DNA from: Elusimicrobiota bacterium
GTDB taxonomy: Bacteria; Elusimicrobiota; Elusimicrobia; 2-01-FULL-59-12
Length of the DNA stretch: 30,320 nucleotides
NCBI GenBank assembly: GCA_043779245.1
Contig: JAYWEN010000199.1
Span: forward strand, 1 to 30,320
Direction: 5' to 3'
The notes beneath the pieces are model-generated. The model made no database searches. It was not told the DNA's origin and saw only the letters and a program-made list of their open reading frames with translations. Positions 8,223-16,327 of this stretch are shown here, piece by piece. Both the position numbers and the translations under genes were made by a program. The first letter of the stretch is position 1. The number at the start of each line of letters is the position of its first letter.

Positions 8223-8454
8223 CGATATCACTCGTTCACAGGCTTTTTAAGATTCGAATAAAATCGAAACTTAATTATGCCTTTGAATCGGGTAGCGGTT
8301 CATTCAGGATAGACGTCCTAATGAACACGACAATGGACTATAGGGAAACATTGCCGGCTAGGCGAATAATTCCCCAAAAAATCTATTTAGTAAAGCGTTT
8401 TTTTAAGTAAAGAAATGTTTACCAATCTTATTAATCAAAGTTCCTGGAGGGAAC

Positions 8455-8994
8455 ATGGGAAGCTATAGAAAAATCATTCCAAATTTAAGCCAAAAAGACA
8501 AAGATCGATTTTATGCTAAAATAAATAAAACTGATTCTTGTTGGATTTGGAAAGATTTGAAAGGCAAAGATGGCTATGGATCATTTTATATAAAAAGAAT
8601 TCCTTACAAGGCCCATCGCGTGTCATTGTCTTTAAAAGAAAAAGTTTCTCAAAATCAAGACGTATTACACCTTTGCAATAATCCTTCGTGCGTAAATTCA
8701 AATCATTTGATTCAGGGAAGTCACACAGACAACATGAAGCATCGCTTGATTAGCGGACGTCATCCTCAAGCCAATCAAACTCATTGTATTAATGGCCATG
8801 AATTTAATTCAAAAAATACTTCATTCAATAAAAAATCCAATAAGCGGTCTTGCAGGTTGTGCCACAAAAATCACAAGTTAAACTATCGTATTCGACAATT
8901 TGTAAAACAAATACCAAAAGAGCACTTTGAGGAAGCCAAGCGACTGGTGCTCTCTTATAGGGACAACCTTCAGGTCCGACAAACAATGTTTTAA
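8455..8994 (+). CDS. HNH homing-type endonuclease with C-terminal zinc-finger-like module
   Basis: CWIW...GYG...AHRVS...VLHLCNNPSCVNSNHL...DN, followed by THCINGHEF...RSCRLC; markedly AT-rich. Confidence 0.9.
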   Translation: MGSYRKIIPNLSQKDKDRFYAKINKTDSCWIWKDLKGKDGYGSFYIKRIPYKAHRVSLSLKEKVSQNQDVLHLCNNPSCVNSNHLIQGSHTDNMKHRLISGRHPQANQTHCINGHEFNSKNTSFNKKSNKRSCRLCHKNHKLNYRIRQFVKQIPKEHFEEAKRLVLSYRDNLQVRQTMF

Positions 8995-9029
8995 GAAATC
9001 AAACGTCAATAGCGGGGGGGGAAACCAGC

Positions 9030-9764
9030 ATGAGCAAATCAATCTACAGGATCACTCTTTTAAATTGGAAAGAGCACAATTCAGGGCATCGCAAGAGCTA
9101 TAAAAAGGTTATGTTGAGCAACAATTTTATTCAAGATGCGAAGGTTAAGAGTATGCCTATGACACATCGATGGGTCTTCTTGAACCTCATTGTGATATGC
9201 GGAGAACACGCTAGCGATACAGTAGAGCTCACCCAGCAGCAACTTAACAACATCATAGAGACACGCTTAGGGGCTAATAACGTGCTACAAACGCTTCAAC
9301 AACTTCAAGTGCTTACATACGAAACGTCGAATTTATCCCTTATATTAAAGAATGAATTAAAGAATAAAGGAAGACCTAGCGAAAACGAAACGACAAAAAA
9401 AGCAGATCATCAGCAAGAAATCTTTTCAGAAAACGAAAATCCGAAACCACCGACCGCCAGCAAGCCAGCGGCCCCGAAAAAGAAAGCTTCGCTGACTTGG
9501 AGTTTTGAAAGCCCGGAAACCTTCATCGACAAGATTCCAGATCCACTTTGGGACGCATGGATTACTTCGTTCAACGAGGCCTACATTTTGTCTCAGATTC
9601 GAAAAGCTCACACGTGGCTCATCAACAATCCGAAAAAGAACAAGAAAACTCAACTTGGCTGGCAATCATTCATGACCGGTTGGCTCGAGCGAGGATGGGA
9701 CGAGCATACGAAGAAAATTAATACCCAACAAAAAACCTTCAACAACCAGGACTTTCGGCCATGA
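9030..9764 (+). CDS. Phage replication initiator (lambda O / replisome-organiser-like)
   Basis: N-terminal ITLLNWKEHN...WVFLNLIVIC, a Lys/Pro-rich linker, and C-terminal WITSFNEAYILSQIRKAHTWLINNPKK...FMTGWLER; directly upstream of the helicase. Confidence 0.7.
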   Translation: MSKSIYRITLLNWKEHNSGHRKSYKKVMLSNNFIQDAKVKSMPMTHRWVFLNLIVICGEHASDTVELTQQQLNNIIETRLGANNVLQTLQQLQVLTYETSNLSLILKNELKNKGRPSENETTKKADHQQEIFSENENPKPPTASKPAAPKKKASLTWSFESPETFIDKIPDPLWDAWITSFNEAYILSQIRKAHTWLINNPKKNKKTQLGWQSFMTGWLERGWDEHTKKINTQQKTFNNQDFRP

Positions 9765-10873
9765 ACTTTCGAGCAGCAAGCAAAGCAGCGTTCTCGGAAA
9801 TCGAAGGTCGCCGAGGAATGAGCAAAAAGATTCTGAGCTTCGGAATCAAGTACCTCGACGAGTCGACCGGAGGAATCTTCCCAGCCGATTTGGTTTTGAT
9901 CGGAGCACCGAGCGGAGTCGGAAAAACCCAACTCTGTTGCAACATGGCTATCGCGAATATTTCCAAGGGCCGCGACGTTCACTACATCGCGCTCGAAGCG
10001 AGCGAGAATGAGATCGAGCGCCGCATGAAGTACCAAATCTTGACGGACCTGTTCTACAAGAAATCGATTCGACCGAAGATCTCTCACTCGCTCACGTATC
10101 GAAACTGGTACCTCGGTCTTTTGATCGATGACCTCGAGGATCTTGAGAAGGAAACCGCTGCGATTTTCGAAAGGGATTTCTCGAATATTTTCTTGTACTA
10201 CAAGAGCGGAGACTACGGAGTCGATGACTTCGTCAAGCAAGTGATGAGCATCGCGCACAAGACCGAAATGATCATCGTCGATCACATTCACTACTTCGAT
10301 TTCGACGACGAGAACGAGAACCGAGCGATCAAGAAAATCGCGAAGACCGCGCGCACTCTAGCGCTCGAGCTGAACAAGCCAATCATCTTGATCGGTCACC
10401 TGAGAAAAAAAGATCGCATGAGCAACGAGATCGTCGCGGGCCTCGAGGAGTTTCACGGAAGCTCGGACCTGTACAAGATCGCGAGCAAGGTCGTGACGGT
10501 CGCTCCTGGGAGCAAAGTGATAAACCATCCTTCGGCATACGAAACTTACTTCAGAGTTCCGAAGGACCGCATCGATGGAAGCGCCACGAGGTTTTCAGCA
10601 AGATGCGTTTTCAATGCAGCAAGGGGAACTTATGAGCCGGAATACAACATCGGATTTGCCAACCAGTCACGAGATGTCGGGTTTAAGGAACTTGATCGAG
10701 ATCTTCGACCCGAATGGGCAAAATCGGTTGGACGACCAATGGGAGTCGGCGACGATGATCTTAACAATGCTTTCGGAAAACCCGAGGTTTCTCCGAACCC
10801 AAGAAGGTCGAAGCCTGTACACAATCACGCGGACTCTGTTGTCAGGGACGGAGTGGGAGTCCGTTTTGTTTGA
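9761..10873 (+). CDS. DnaB-like (SF4) replicative helicase, ATPase domain only
   Basis: Walker A GAPSGVGKT, H1a YIALE, Walker B IIVDHIH, H3 GHLRK and H4 GSSDLYKIASKV. Confidence 0.9.
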   Translation: MNFRAASKAAFSEIEGRRGMSKKILSFGIKYLDESTGGIFPADLVLIGAPSGVGKTQLCCNMAIANISKGRDVHYIALEASENEIERRMKYQILTDLFYKKSIRPKISHSLTYRNWYLGLLIDDLEDLEKETAAIFERDFSNIFLYYKSGDYGVDDFVKQVMSIAHKTEMIIVDHIHYFDFDDENENRAIKKIAKTARTLALELNKPIILIGHLRKKDRMSNEIVAGLEEFHGSSDLYKIASKVVTVAPGSKVINHPSAYETYFRVPKDRIDGSATRFSARCVFNAARGTYEPEYNIGFANQSRDVGFKELDRDLRPEWAKSVGRPMGVGDDDLNNAFGKPEVSPNPRRSKPVHNHADSVVRDGVGVRFV

Positions 10874-11045
10874 CGACAGCTTGAGCGCCTACGAGAGGCA
10901 GGAGCTGAAGAGGATCGAGGACGAACTCTTCGATACACCAACGGGGACATTGCTTTTGAGCGCAGCCGGATACCTTGACTTGACCGAAGAGCAAATAAAA
11001 AAACACGAAGAACGAAAAGCAAAAAAACACATGGGAGTAAAATGA
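10755..11045 (+). CDS. Hypothetical protein overlapping the helicase 3' end
   Basis: ATG at 10755 with GGGAG SD at 10741-10745, in the frame of track ORF 10575..11045; stop overlaps the next start. Confidence 0.55.
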   Translation: MILTMLSENPRFLRTQEGRSLYTITRTLLSGTEWESVLFDDSLSAYERQELKRIEDELFDTPTGTLLLSAAGYLDLTEEQIKKHEERKAKKHMGVK

Positions 11046-11275
11046 AAAACGCCAACCTACAAATAACGAAGAACGACTTCGCAATAATATGCTTCGCGCT
11101 GAACGAGTTCCTCGATCACTCCAAGGCCTGCCAGGGATGCTCGAAGTTCGAGCTGGACGTCTTGGATCTGATGAGGAAGATCGACATTCAGCTCAAGCCT
11201 CAGAACGACTGTGTTGAGAAGTGGAGCGAGGCCAGAGAGTATGCCGAGGAAAAAATATCTGGAAGGACTCACTAA
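11042..11275 (+). CDS. Hypothetical protein
   Basis: ATG overlapping the upstream stop; GGGAG SD. Confidence 0.6.
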   Translation: MKNANLQITKNDFAIICFALNEFLDHSKACQGCSKFELDVLDLMRKIDIQLKPQNDCVEKWSEAREYAEEKISGRTH

Positions 11276-12166
11276 TTGGAATCACATCCCAACATTCAAC
11301 AAGACGCCCCGCTCTTATTCGAAAAGGGCAAACTGCTTGAGGGCATAAAGTTTGAAGAATATGCCAAGGCGCCCGGAATGAACGCCGGAGGCCTGAAGGA
11401 GTTCTCTAGGTCCGCAGCGCATTTCTACGAGGCTAGATACAACCGAGTCGACAAGAAAGAAACCCCAGCCCTGCTGATGGGAAAACTTGTACACTTTGCG
11501 GTTCTCGAGCCGGAGCTTTTCATGGACACCTACATTGTAAAGCCAAAGTTCGACATGAGAACAAAGGTTGGAAAGGCCGACTCCGAGCTTTGGGAAACGA
11601 ACTTGAAGCCAGGATCGATCGTAGTCCCCGAGGACCTCGTGAAAGACTTGGTAGGAATGACGACGAAGATCTTGAATCATCCGAACGCGAAAAAACTCCT
11701 GAAAGAGGGCGTTCGCGAATCAACGCTTTTCTGGGACGATCGCGAGACCGGCGAGCTTTGTAAGGCTCGTCCGGACTTCGTTTCCTTCTTCAAAGGCAAG
11801 ACCCGCCTAGTAGACCTTAAAACAACTATGGATGCCCGCCAGTCATCTTTCGAGCGCGACGTAATGAAATACCATTACTTTTTGCAGGCGAGTCACTACG
11901 CCGAAGGTGCGCGCATTACTGGCGTGGCCAATCCGGATGTCTTCGTTTTCCTGGTCATCGAAAAAACCCCACCCTACGAAATCGCGATCTATCCCTGCGA
12001 CGCGGGAGTCTTAGGATATGGGGATCAGTGGAGATCGAAGTTGATGAGGGAGTATGCCGAGTGTCGAAAGACCGGAATTTATCCAGGCTACAACCCTAGA
12101 GCACAGATGATAAAAATACCAACCTGGGCCCAAGTGCCTGACGAAGAGGATGATTATGGAAGCTGA
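11276..12166 (+). CDS. RecE/Exonuclease VIII-like 5'-3' exonuclease (DUF3799, PD-(D/E)xK)
   Basis: GKLVHFAVLEP, CKARPD, VDLKTT and YFLQASHY motifs; TTG start with AAGGA SD. Confidence 0.9.
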   Translation: MESHPNIQQDAPLLFEKGKLLEGIKFEEYAKAPGMNAGGLKEFSRSAAHFYEARYNRVDKKETPALLMGKLVHFAVLEPELFMDTYIVKPKFDMRTKVGKADSELWETNLKPGSIVVPEDLVKDLVGMTTKILNHPNAKKLLKEGVRESTLFWDDRETGELCKARPDFVSFFKGKTRLVDLKTTMDARQSSFERDVMKYHYFLQASHYAEGARITGVANPDVFVFLVIEKTPPYEIAIYPCDAGVLGYGDQWRSKLMREYAECRKTGIYPGYNPRAQMIKIPTWAQVPDEEDDYGS

Positions 12167-12848
12167 AGCAAAACCAAAAACTGAAGCCAATACGAACGAG
12201 ATTACGATCTCAAAAGAGGGGGCCTTGAATTTCGAGAATCAATCTCAGCTCGCGGCCTCCGCGCGACTTATCATGAGAATGAAGCTCGCCCCAGATCACT
12301 TGGTAAAAGACGGAATCGAGGCGGTCATGTCGGCCTTGATGTTCTGCAAGCAGTTCAACCTTCCTCTCAAGGCCATGAACCAAATGGCCTACATAAAGGG
12401 GAAGCTCACTTGCTTTAGCTTTCTAATCGTGACCCTGGCCGAGCGCCATGAGAATTACGGCGAGTTCGAGGAGTTCTTCTTGGACGACAAGCAAGAGGTG
12501 AGGTGCGCGAAGAACAAGAACCTCAACGTCCCTGCGTGGGCTGCGATCTACAGAGTGAAAAGAAAGGGCTCCTCTGTTTGGAATGAGTACAAGTTCACGA
12601 TGGACGACGCGAAGACCGCAGGGCTGCTTTCAAATCCGAGCTGGCAAAAGTACCCGGACGACATGATGATGCACAAGAGCCGCTCAAGAGCCCTGAACGC
12701 AAACTACGCCTCGGCGATAAACGGAGCCGAATATTACGAAGACATCGCGCCAGACCTAGAGAATATTCGAGAGGCGAACCCGACGGCGTCGGCAATCGCG
12801 GAGCAACTTAATAGCGAGTTCGAGGATGACGATGCGGGGTCAATGTGA
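12150..12848 (+). CDS. recT: RecT/Bet-like single-strand annealing protein
   Basis: Adjacent to the RecE-like gene; FTMDDAKTAGL...WQKYPDDMMMHKSRSRAL matches the C-terminal core motif of the RecT/Bet family. Confidence 0.75.
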   Translation: MIMEAEAKPKTEANTNEITISKEGALNFENQSQLAASARLIMRMKLAPDHLVKDGIEAVMSALMFCKQFNLPLKAMNQMAYIKGKLTCFSFLIVTLAERHENYGEFEEFFLDDKQEVRCAKNKNLNVPAWAAIYRVKRKGSSVWNEYKFTMDDAKTAGLLSNPSWQKYPDDMMMHKSRSRALNANYASAINGAEYYEDIAPDLENIREANPTASAIAEQLNSEFEDDDAGSM

Positions 12849-13083
12849 TGCCTGCGGATATTCAGGAATCGTCGACAGGGCGCATTTTCGAACGAGGGGC
12901 AGTGGCGCTGGTTGGCTGGACCACGAGTATTGCCTGCTGTGCCGTCGGTGTCACGTTGCAAGCGGCGCTCAGGGTTGGTCCAAGTTTATCGAGAGGAACC
13001 CGTCGATGGAAGAGGTCCTTGAGAAAAAGGGTTGGGAAATAACGGAAGAGTTCGGAATAAAAAAACTTAGGAGAATCGAATGA
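12826..13083 (+). CDS. Small zinc-binding HNH-like protein (DUF968/Ref/NinG-like)
   Basis: CDACG...AHFRTRGSGAG...LLCRRCH...GWSKF pattern. Confidence 0.7.
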   Translation: MTMRGQCDACGYSGIVDRAHFRTRGSGAGWLDHEYCLLCRRCHVASGAQGWSKFIERNPSMEEVLEKKGWEITEEFGIKKLRRIE

Positions 13084-13550
13084 TCGGAATACTTTTGGCG
13101 GTGGTGATGTCTCAGGACTACCCGAACAAATCCCTTACCCCTGGCGTGACGAGGGAGGTCTCGAAAAAGGAACTCTGCACTGTTGGGTCCACGAAGGACG
13201 CTCGGCACGTGACTGCAAAAATGAAGCGCGAAGTGTTTCATAGGTACGGGTTTATAGAAGGAAAATACAAGCCTGGCGACTATGAGATTGATCATTTTTT
13301 AAGCCTTGAGAATTTTGGATCTAATTCAATTCTAAACTTATGGCCGCAAAAATTTTGCCCGATTGGAAACGACCCTTCAAAAACTGGATGTCTTGGCGCT
13401 AGAGAAAAAGATGCCGTTGAGCATCGAATTCATCAATGGTTTTGCAAAGGTATTATTACACAAGAAGAAGTAATCAGTATTTTAAAAACAGACTGGATTA
13501 AATGCTACAAGACAATTAAATCTGGAGGCATATGTCACACAACAGATTAG
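13080..13550 (+). CDS. HNH-signature nuclease with N-terminal hydrophobic (signal-like) segment
   Basis: MIGILLAVVMS N-terminus; LTPG; YEIDHFLSLENFGSNSILNLWPQ; AREKDAVEHRIH; six Cys. Confidence 0.75.
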   Translation: MIGILLAVVMSQDYPNKSLTPGVTREVSKKELCTVGSTKDARHVTAKMKREVFHRYGFIEGKYKPGDYEIDHFLSLENFGSNSILNLWPQKFCPIGNDPSKTGCLGAREKDAVEHRIHQWFCKGIITQEEVISILKTDWIKCYKTIKSGGICHTTD

Positions 13551-14215
13551 ATTTAACGGGTCAAAGATTTGGACGATTACTTACTTTATGTTACTCCAGA
13601 TATGTCAAGGGATCTGGAAGTTCATGGACCTGTAAGTGTGATTGTGGTTCTATAAAAATTATTTTGACCGCTGCTCTTCAAAGCGGTGCAACTAAATCTT
13701 GCGGATGTCTTAGGGACGAAAAAATCGCACTAGTTAATTACCGGCACGGCTATGCAAGAGCAAAAAAAATATCAAGAGCCTACACAACATATCACAACAT
13801 GATGAGCAGATGTTACAATCAAAAACATAGTGACTATAAATATTATGGGGGAAGAGGAATCAAAGTTTGCGATCGATGGATAGAATCATTTGAGAATTTT
13901 TTATCAGACATGGGCGAGCCGCCTACAAATTTAACTATTGATAGAATTGACGTGAATAAAGGTTACTGCAAAGAGAATTGCAGATGGGCCACTCGAGCTC
14001 AACAATCAAAAAATAGACGACCATGGATTCAAGTCATACGCAAAGGAGAAGACCATCACTCCGCAAAACTATCACTTAAAGATTTGCCACAAATAAAAAA
14101 ACTGCTCAAATCAAAAATGAATCAAACAGAGATAGGTCATATTCTTGGGGTCTCGCGAGAAACAATTTGCTGCATTAAAAACAAAAAACATTGGCTTACA
14201 AAGGATCATCTATGA
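13532..14215 (+). CDS. HNH homing-type endonuclease with C-terminal helix-turn-helix
   Basis: DLTGQRFGRL...CKCDCG...KSCGC...YGGRGIKVCDRW...TIDRIDVNKGYCKENCRWAT; GEDHHSAKL followed by an HTH. Confidence 0.9.
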   Translation: MSHNRLDLTGQRFGRLLTLCYSRYVKGSGSSWTCKCDCGSIKIILTAALQSGATKSCGCLRDEKIALVNYRHGYARAKKISRAYTTYHNMMSRCYNQKHSDYKYYGGRGIKVCDRWIESFENFLSDMGEPPTNLTIDRIDVNKGYCKENCRWATRAQQSKNRRPWIQVIRKGEDHHSAKLSLKDLPQIKKLLKSKMNQTEIGHILGVSRETICCIKNKKHWLTKDHL

Positions 14216-14451
14216 GCACAAAGCCACCAATGCAGGCCCAAGGGTACGAATCTTGGATGCTCGAGGCGGCTAGGAAATGGATAAGGGAGGGCTGGAGCCT
14301 GAACTCCTTCTCCGGAAAGCACAACGTGAACTCCCAAGTTTGGAGTTGTCTCCTAAGGGATCAGCCGGAGCTTCAGGAGATAAAGTCAGAGTACAACAAG
14401 ATCAGAAAAGAAAACCAACAAAGTACGAAGTACGGGGGGCACTTAAGTTGA
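14212..14451 (+). CDS. Small HTH protein resembling TerS-type DNA-binding domains
   Basis: WIREGWSLNSFSGKHNVNSQVWSCLLRDQPELQE; ATG overlapping the HNH stop. Confidence 0.45.
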   Translation: MSTKPPMQAQGYESWMLEAARKWIREGWSLNSFSGKHNVNSQVWSCLLRDQPELQEIKSEYNKIRKENQQSTKYGGHLS

Positions 14452-14624
14452 GGTACAAATTCGAACATAAATACGAGCCGAGGTATCACGAAGAGGCCGG
14501 GCACTGGTACGCGGAGATGATAGTCCACATGTGCGAGCCCGAAATAGACGAGGATGAATTCGAGACCGAGGAAGAGTGCCAGATCAGGTGCAACGAATTG
14601 AACTTGAGCAGGAGGTCGAAGTGA
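14448..14624 (+). CDS. Hypothetical protein (58 aa)
   Basis: TTG start in a TTGA overlap with the upstream stop: MRYKFEHKYEPRYHEEAGHWY...; the 5' part of track ORF 14277 is a shadow. Confidence 0.55.
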   Translation: MRYKFEHKYEPRYHEEAGHWYAEMIVHMCEPEIDEDEFETEEECQIRCNELNLSRRSK

Positions 14625-14947
14625 GAGAGCAGCTAGAGTACTTGTTCGTCATTCTCACCTCACCGATATCGCTCGGGCTCCTCACGCTTGCGCTCGTGAT
14701 CATATTCTTCTGGGGCATGGGGATCATAATCATCGCGGCCCTAGAGACGCTCTTCGACTTCGCGAAGCAGTACGCCAGGAACAGAAGGTTCAATTTGAAA
14801 TTAGTTCAATTTACTCCAGAAGAACCTTCTCCTTATTCAGAGGAGCCAGCAGAATGGTCTGGCGGAGGCGGTTCTTTCAATGGTGGCGGAGATAGCGGAA
14901 GTTGGGACGATTCAAGTTCTGACAGCAATGGTTTATCAGAAGATTAA
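14621..14947 (+). CDS. Membrane protein with Gly/Ser/Asp-rich tail
   Basis: GTG at 14621 with GGAGG SD; long hydrophobic segment; C-terminal WSGGGGSFNGGGDSGSW. Confidence 0.65.
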   Translation: MREQLEYLFVILTSPISLGLLTLALVIIFFWGMGIIIIAALETLFDFAKQYARNRRFNLKLVQFTPEEPSPYSEEPAEWSGGGGSFNGGGDSGSWDDSSSDSNGLSED

Positions 14948-15045
14948 CTAATTATCGAAGCGTCGGCGAGAAGCTGCAATGAGGTCCTACAGCTTTACTG
15001 GCCTACTGTAGTTGAGCGGTTATCGTCGGCGCTTCACTTGAAGGG

Positions 15046-15249
15046 ATGAGAGATATGGGAGAAATTTCAGAGATGATGGCAGATGGAATTCTTTGCGAAG
15101 AGTGTGGCGGCTTCGTCGGTGAAGAAATAATAATTTCAAATGGCGGAAAAATTAAGGGCAAAGCTATTTTAGAAACGCCTGGCGTACCATTGAAGTGCGA
15201 AGATTGTGAAAGGCCCAGGCGCAAAGCATCGAGGAGGAAAGCTAAGTGA
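15046..15249 (+). CDS. Small zinc-binding phage protein
   Basis: MGEISEMMADGILCEECGGFVG...CEDC. Confidence 0.65.
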   Translation: MRDMGEISEMMADGILCEECGGFVGEEIIISNGGKIKGKAILETPGVPLKCEDCERPRRKASRRKAK

Positions 15250-15521
15250 TACACCATCTTAAAATATTACCGCAATACTATTGCAGAGTCGCAGACGGCT
15301 CAAAGACTTTTGAGGTGCGCAAGAATGATCGCGGATTTCAGCCTGGTGATCTTGTAACTCTAAAAGAATTTAATCCTGAAAATGTTTATCATTCGCAAGG
15401 TCCAATGGACGATAGCGATGATGGTTTCTCTGGTGAAAAGTTGTCTTTTAAAATCGGCTATGTTTTGCCAATAGACGCTGAGCGAGTCGTGTTTAGTTTA
15501 TTACCATTGGACTCTATATGA
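15246..15521 (+). CDS. ASCH/PUA-like domain protein (DUF3850)
   Basis: HHLKILPQYYCRVADGSKTFEVRKNDRGFQPGDLVTLKEF signature. Confidence 0.85.
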   Translation: MIHHLKILPQYYCRVADGSKTFEVRKNDRGFQPGDLVTLKEFNPENVYHSQGPMDDSDDGFSGEKLSFKIGYVLPIDAERVVFSLLPLDSI

Positions 15522-15664
15522 CCCGCCTACTAGCAATCATATCATTACCGCTGGCAATGAGCCTACTCTCGCTTGCGTTGTGCGTGATATTCTTGTGGGC
15601 GGTGGGCATACTTATTTTTGGAGCTTTTGAAGAGTTGTTTAAAAAGATTGGGGTGAGAGTGTGA
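15518..15664 (+). CDS. Small membrane protein (48 aa), paralogue of 14621..14947
   Basis: Not in the track; translated by hand as MTRLLAIISLPLAMSLLSLALCVIFLWAVGILIFGAFEELFKKIGVRV. Overlaps the neighbouring gene by 4 nt at both ends. Confidence 0.65.
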   Translation: MTRLLAIISLPLAMSLLSLALCVIFLWAVGILIFGAFEELFKKIGVRV

Positions 15665-15903
15665 GAAAAAATAAAAATATCGTTTTAGATTTGAATAAAG
15701 CGAAAGATGCAAGAAAATTTATTTTAGAAGCAATGAAGGTCTGTTTTGATGGCGCTAGCATAGATTTCTTTGATTTAAAAGATGGGCGAAGAATTAGCAC
15801 TAAGAATCTTTCTGACTCTGAAGCTGTTCAATATGCGTTTGAATTATTACCAATTTATAAAGCTAAGTTTCCAAACTTAGTCAATGTGCAGACGGAGCAT
15901 TAA
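15661..15903 (+). CDS. Hypothetical protein
   Basis: GTG start overlapping the upstream stop. Confidence 0.6.
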   Translation: MRKNKNIVLDLNKAKDARKFILEAMKVCFDGASIDFFDLKDGRRISTKNLSDSEAVQYAFELLPIYKAKFPNLVNVQTEH

Positions 15904-15911
15904 GGAAAACG

Positions 15912-16214
15912 ATGAGCAAAAGTGAGATGAAGCCTAGGGAGTTTTGGATAGCAAATCAAGGTGACGACCTTTCTTTAGAAGAAGACATAATATGCGAAGA
16001 AAAAATATATACCAAAAATTTTGAGGCGACATTTTGTCACGTCATTGAATTTAAAGCTTATCAATCCGCACTGGAGCTGCTTTGTAGGCTGGAGTATGTG
16101 CTAAAGAAATATCAGCACCTTAGTATGCCAATAGAAGAGAATCTTGAGATGTACCCATTTGCTAAGATAGCTCTCGCAGACATCAAGAAGTTTCGGGATG
16201 AGGGGAAGGTATGA
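15912..16214 (+). CDS. Hypothetical protein (PREFWI...HVIE motif)
   Basis: AAGGA SD; operon packing. Confidence 0.6.
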   Translation: MSKSEMKPREFWIANQGDDLSLEEDIICEEKIYTKNFEATFCHVIEFKAYQSALELLCRLEYVLKKYQHLSMPIEENLEMYPFAKIALADIKKFRDEGKV

Positions 16215-16327
16215 AGAAAATATCTGCTTGGTACGATTACAGAATCGACGAAATAATTTTCAATGCTGACATCGCTTACGGACACGCATACGCAATGAGT
16301 AAATTTATATTTTTAGGATATTTATGA
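16211..16327 (+). CDS. Small hypothetical protein (38 aa)
   Basis: Translated by hand as MKKISAWYDYRIDEIIFNADIAYGHAYAMSKFIFLGYL; ATGA overlaps at both ends. Confidence 0.45.
   Translation: MKKISAWYDYRIDEIIFNADIAYGHAYAMSKFIFLGYL

Noticed and set aside
8278-9029. Group I intron around the HNH gene (GACTATAGG at 8336 resembles the R element)
   Set aside because: No matching S element (TAGTC) for P7 downstream, and no interrupted host gene; the flanking genes are intact.
9360-9490. Iterons or origin inside the initiator gene
   Set aside because: Only two loose GAAAACGAAA copies in a Lys/Glu-rich linker, which amino-acid composition can explain.
9650-10291. 213-aa antisense ORF to the helicase (similarly 186..617 and 1163..1669 against portal and terL)
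   Set aside because: Antisense shadows of well-supported genes, with no recognisable domains or expression signals.
14948-15049. 33-codon in-frame continuation after the TAA of the 14621 gene, ending in an ATGA overlap
   Set aside because: No canonical start or SD and too short to support; could be chance.
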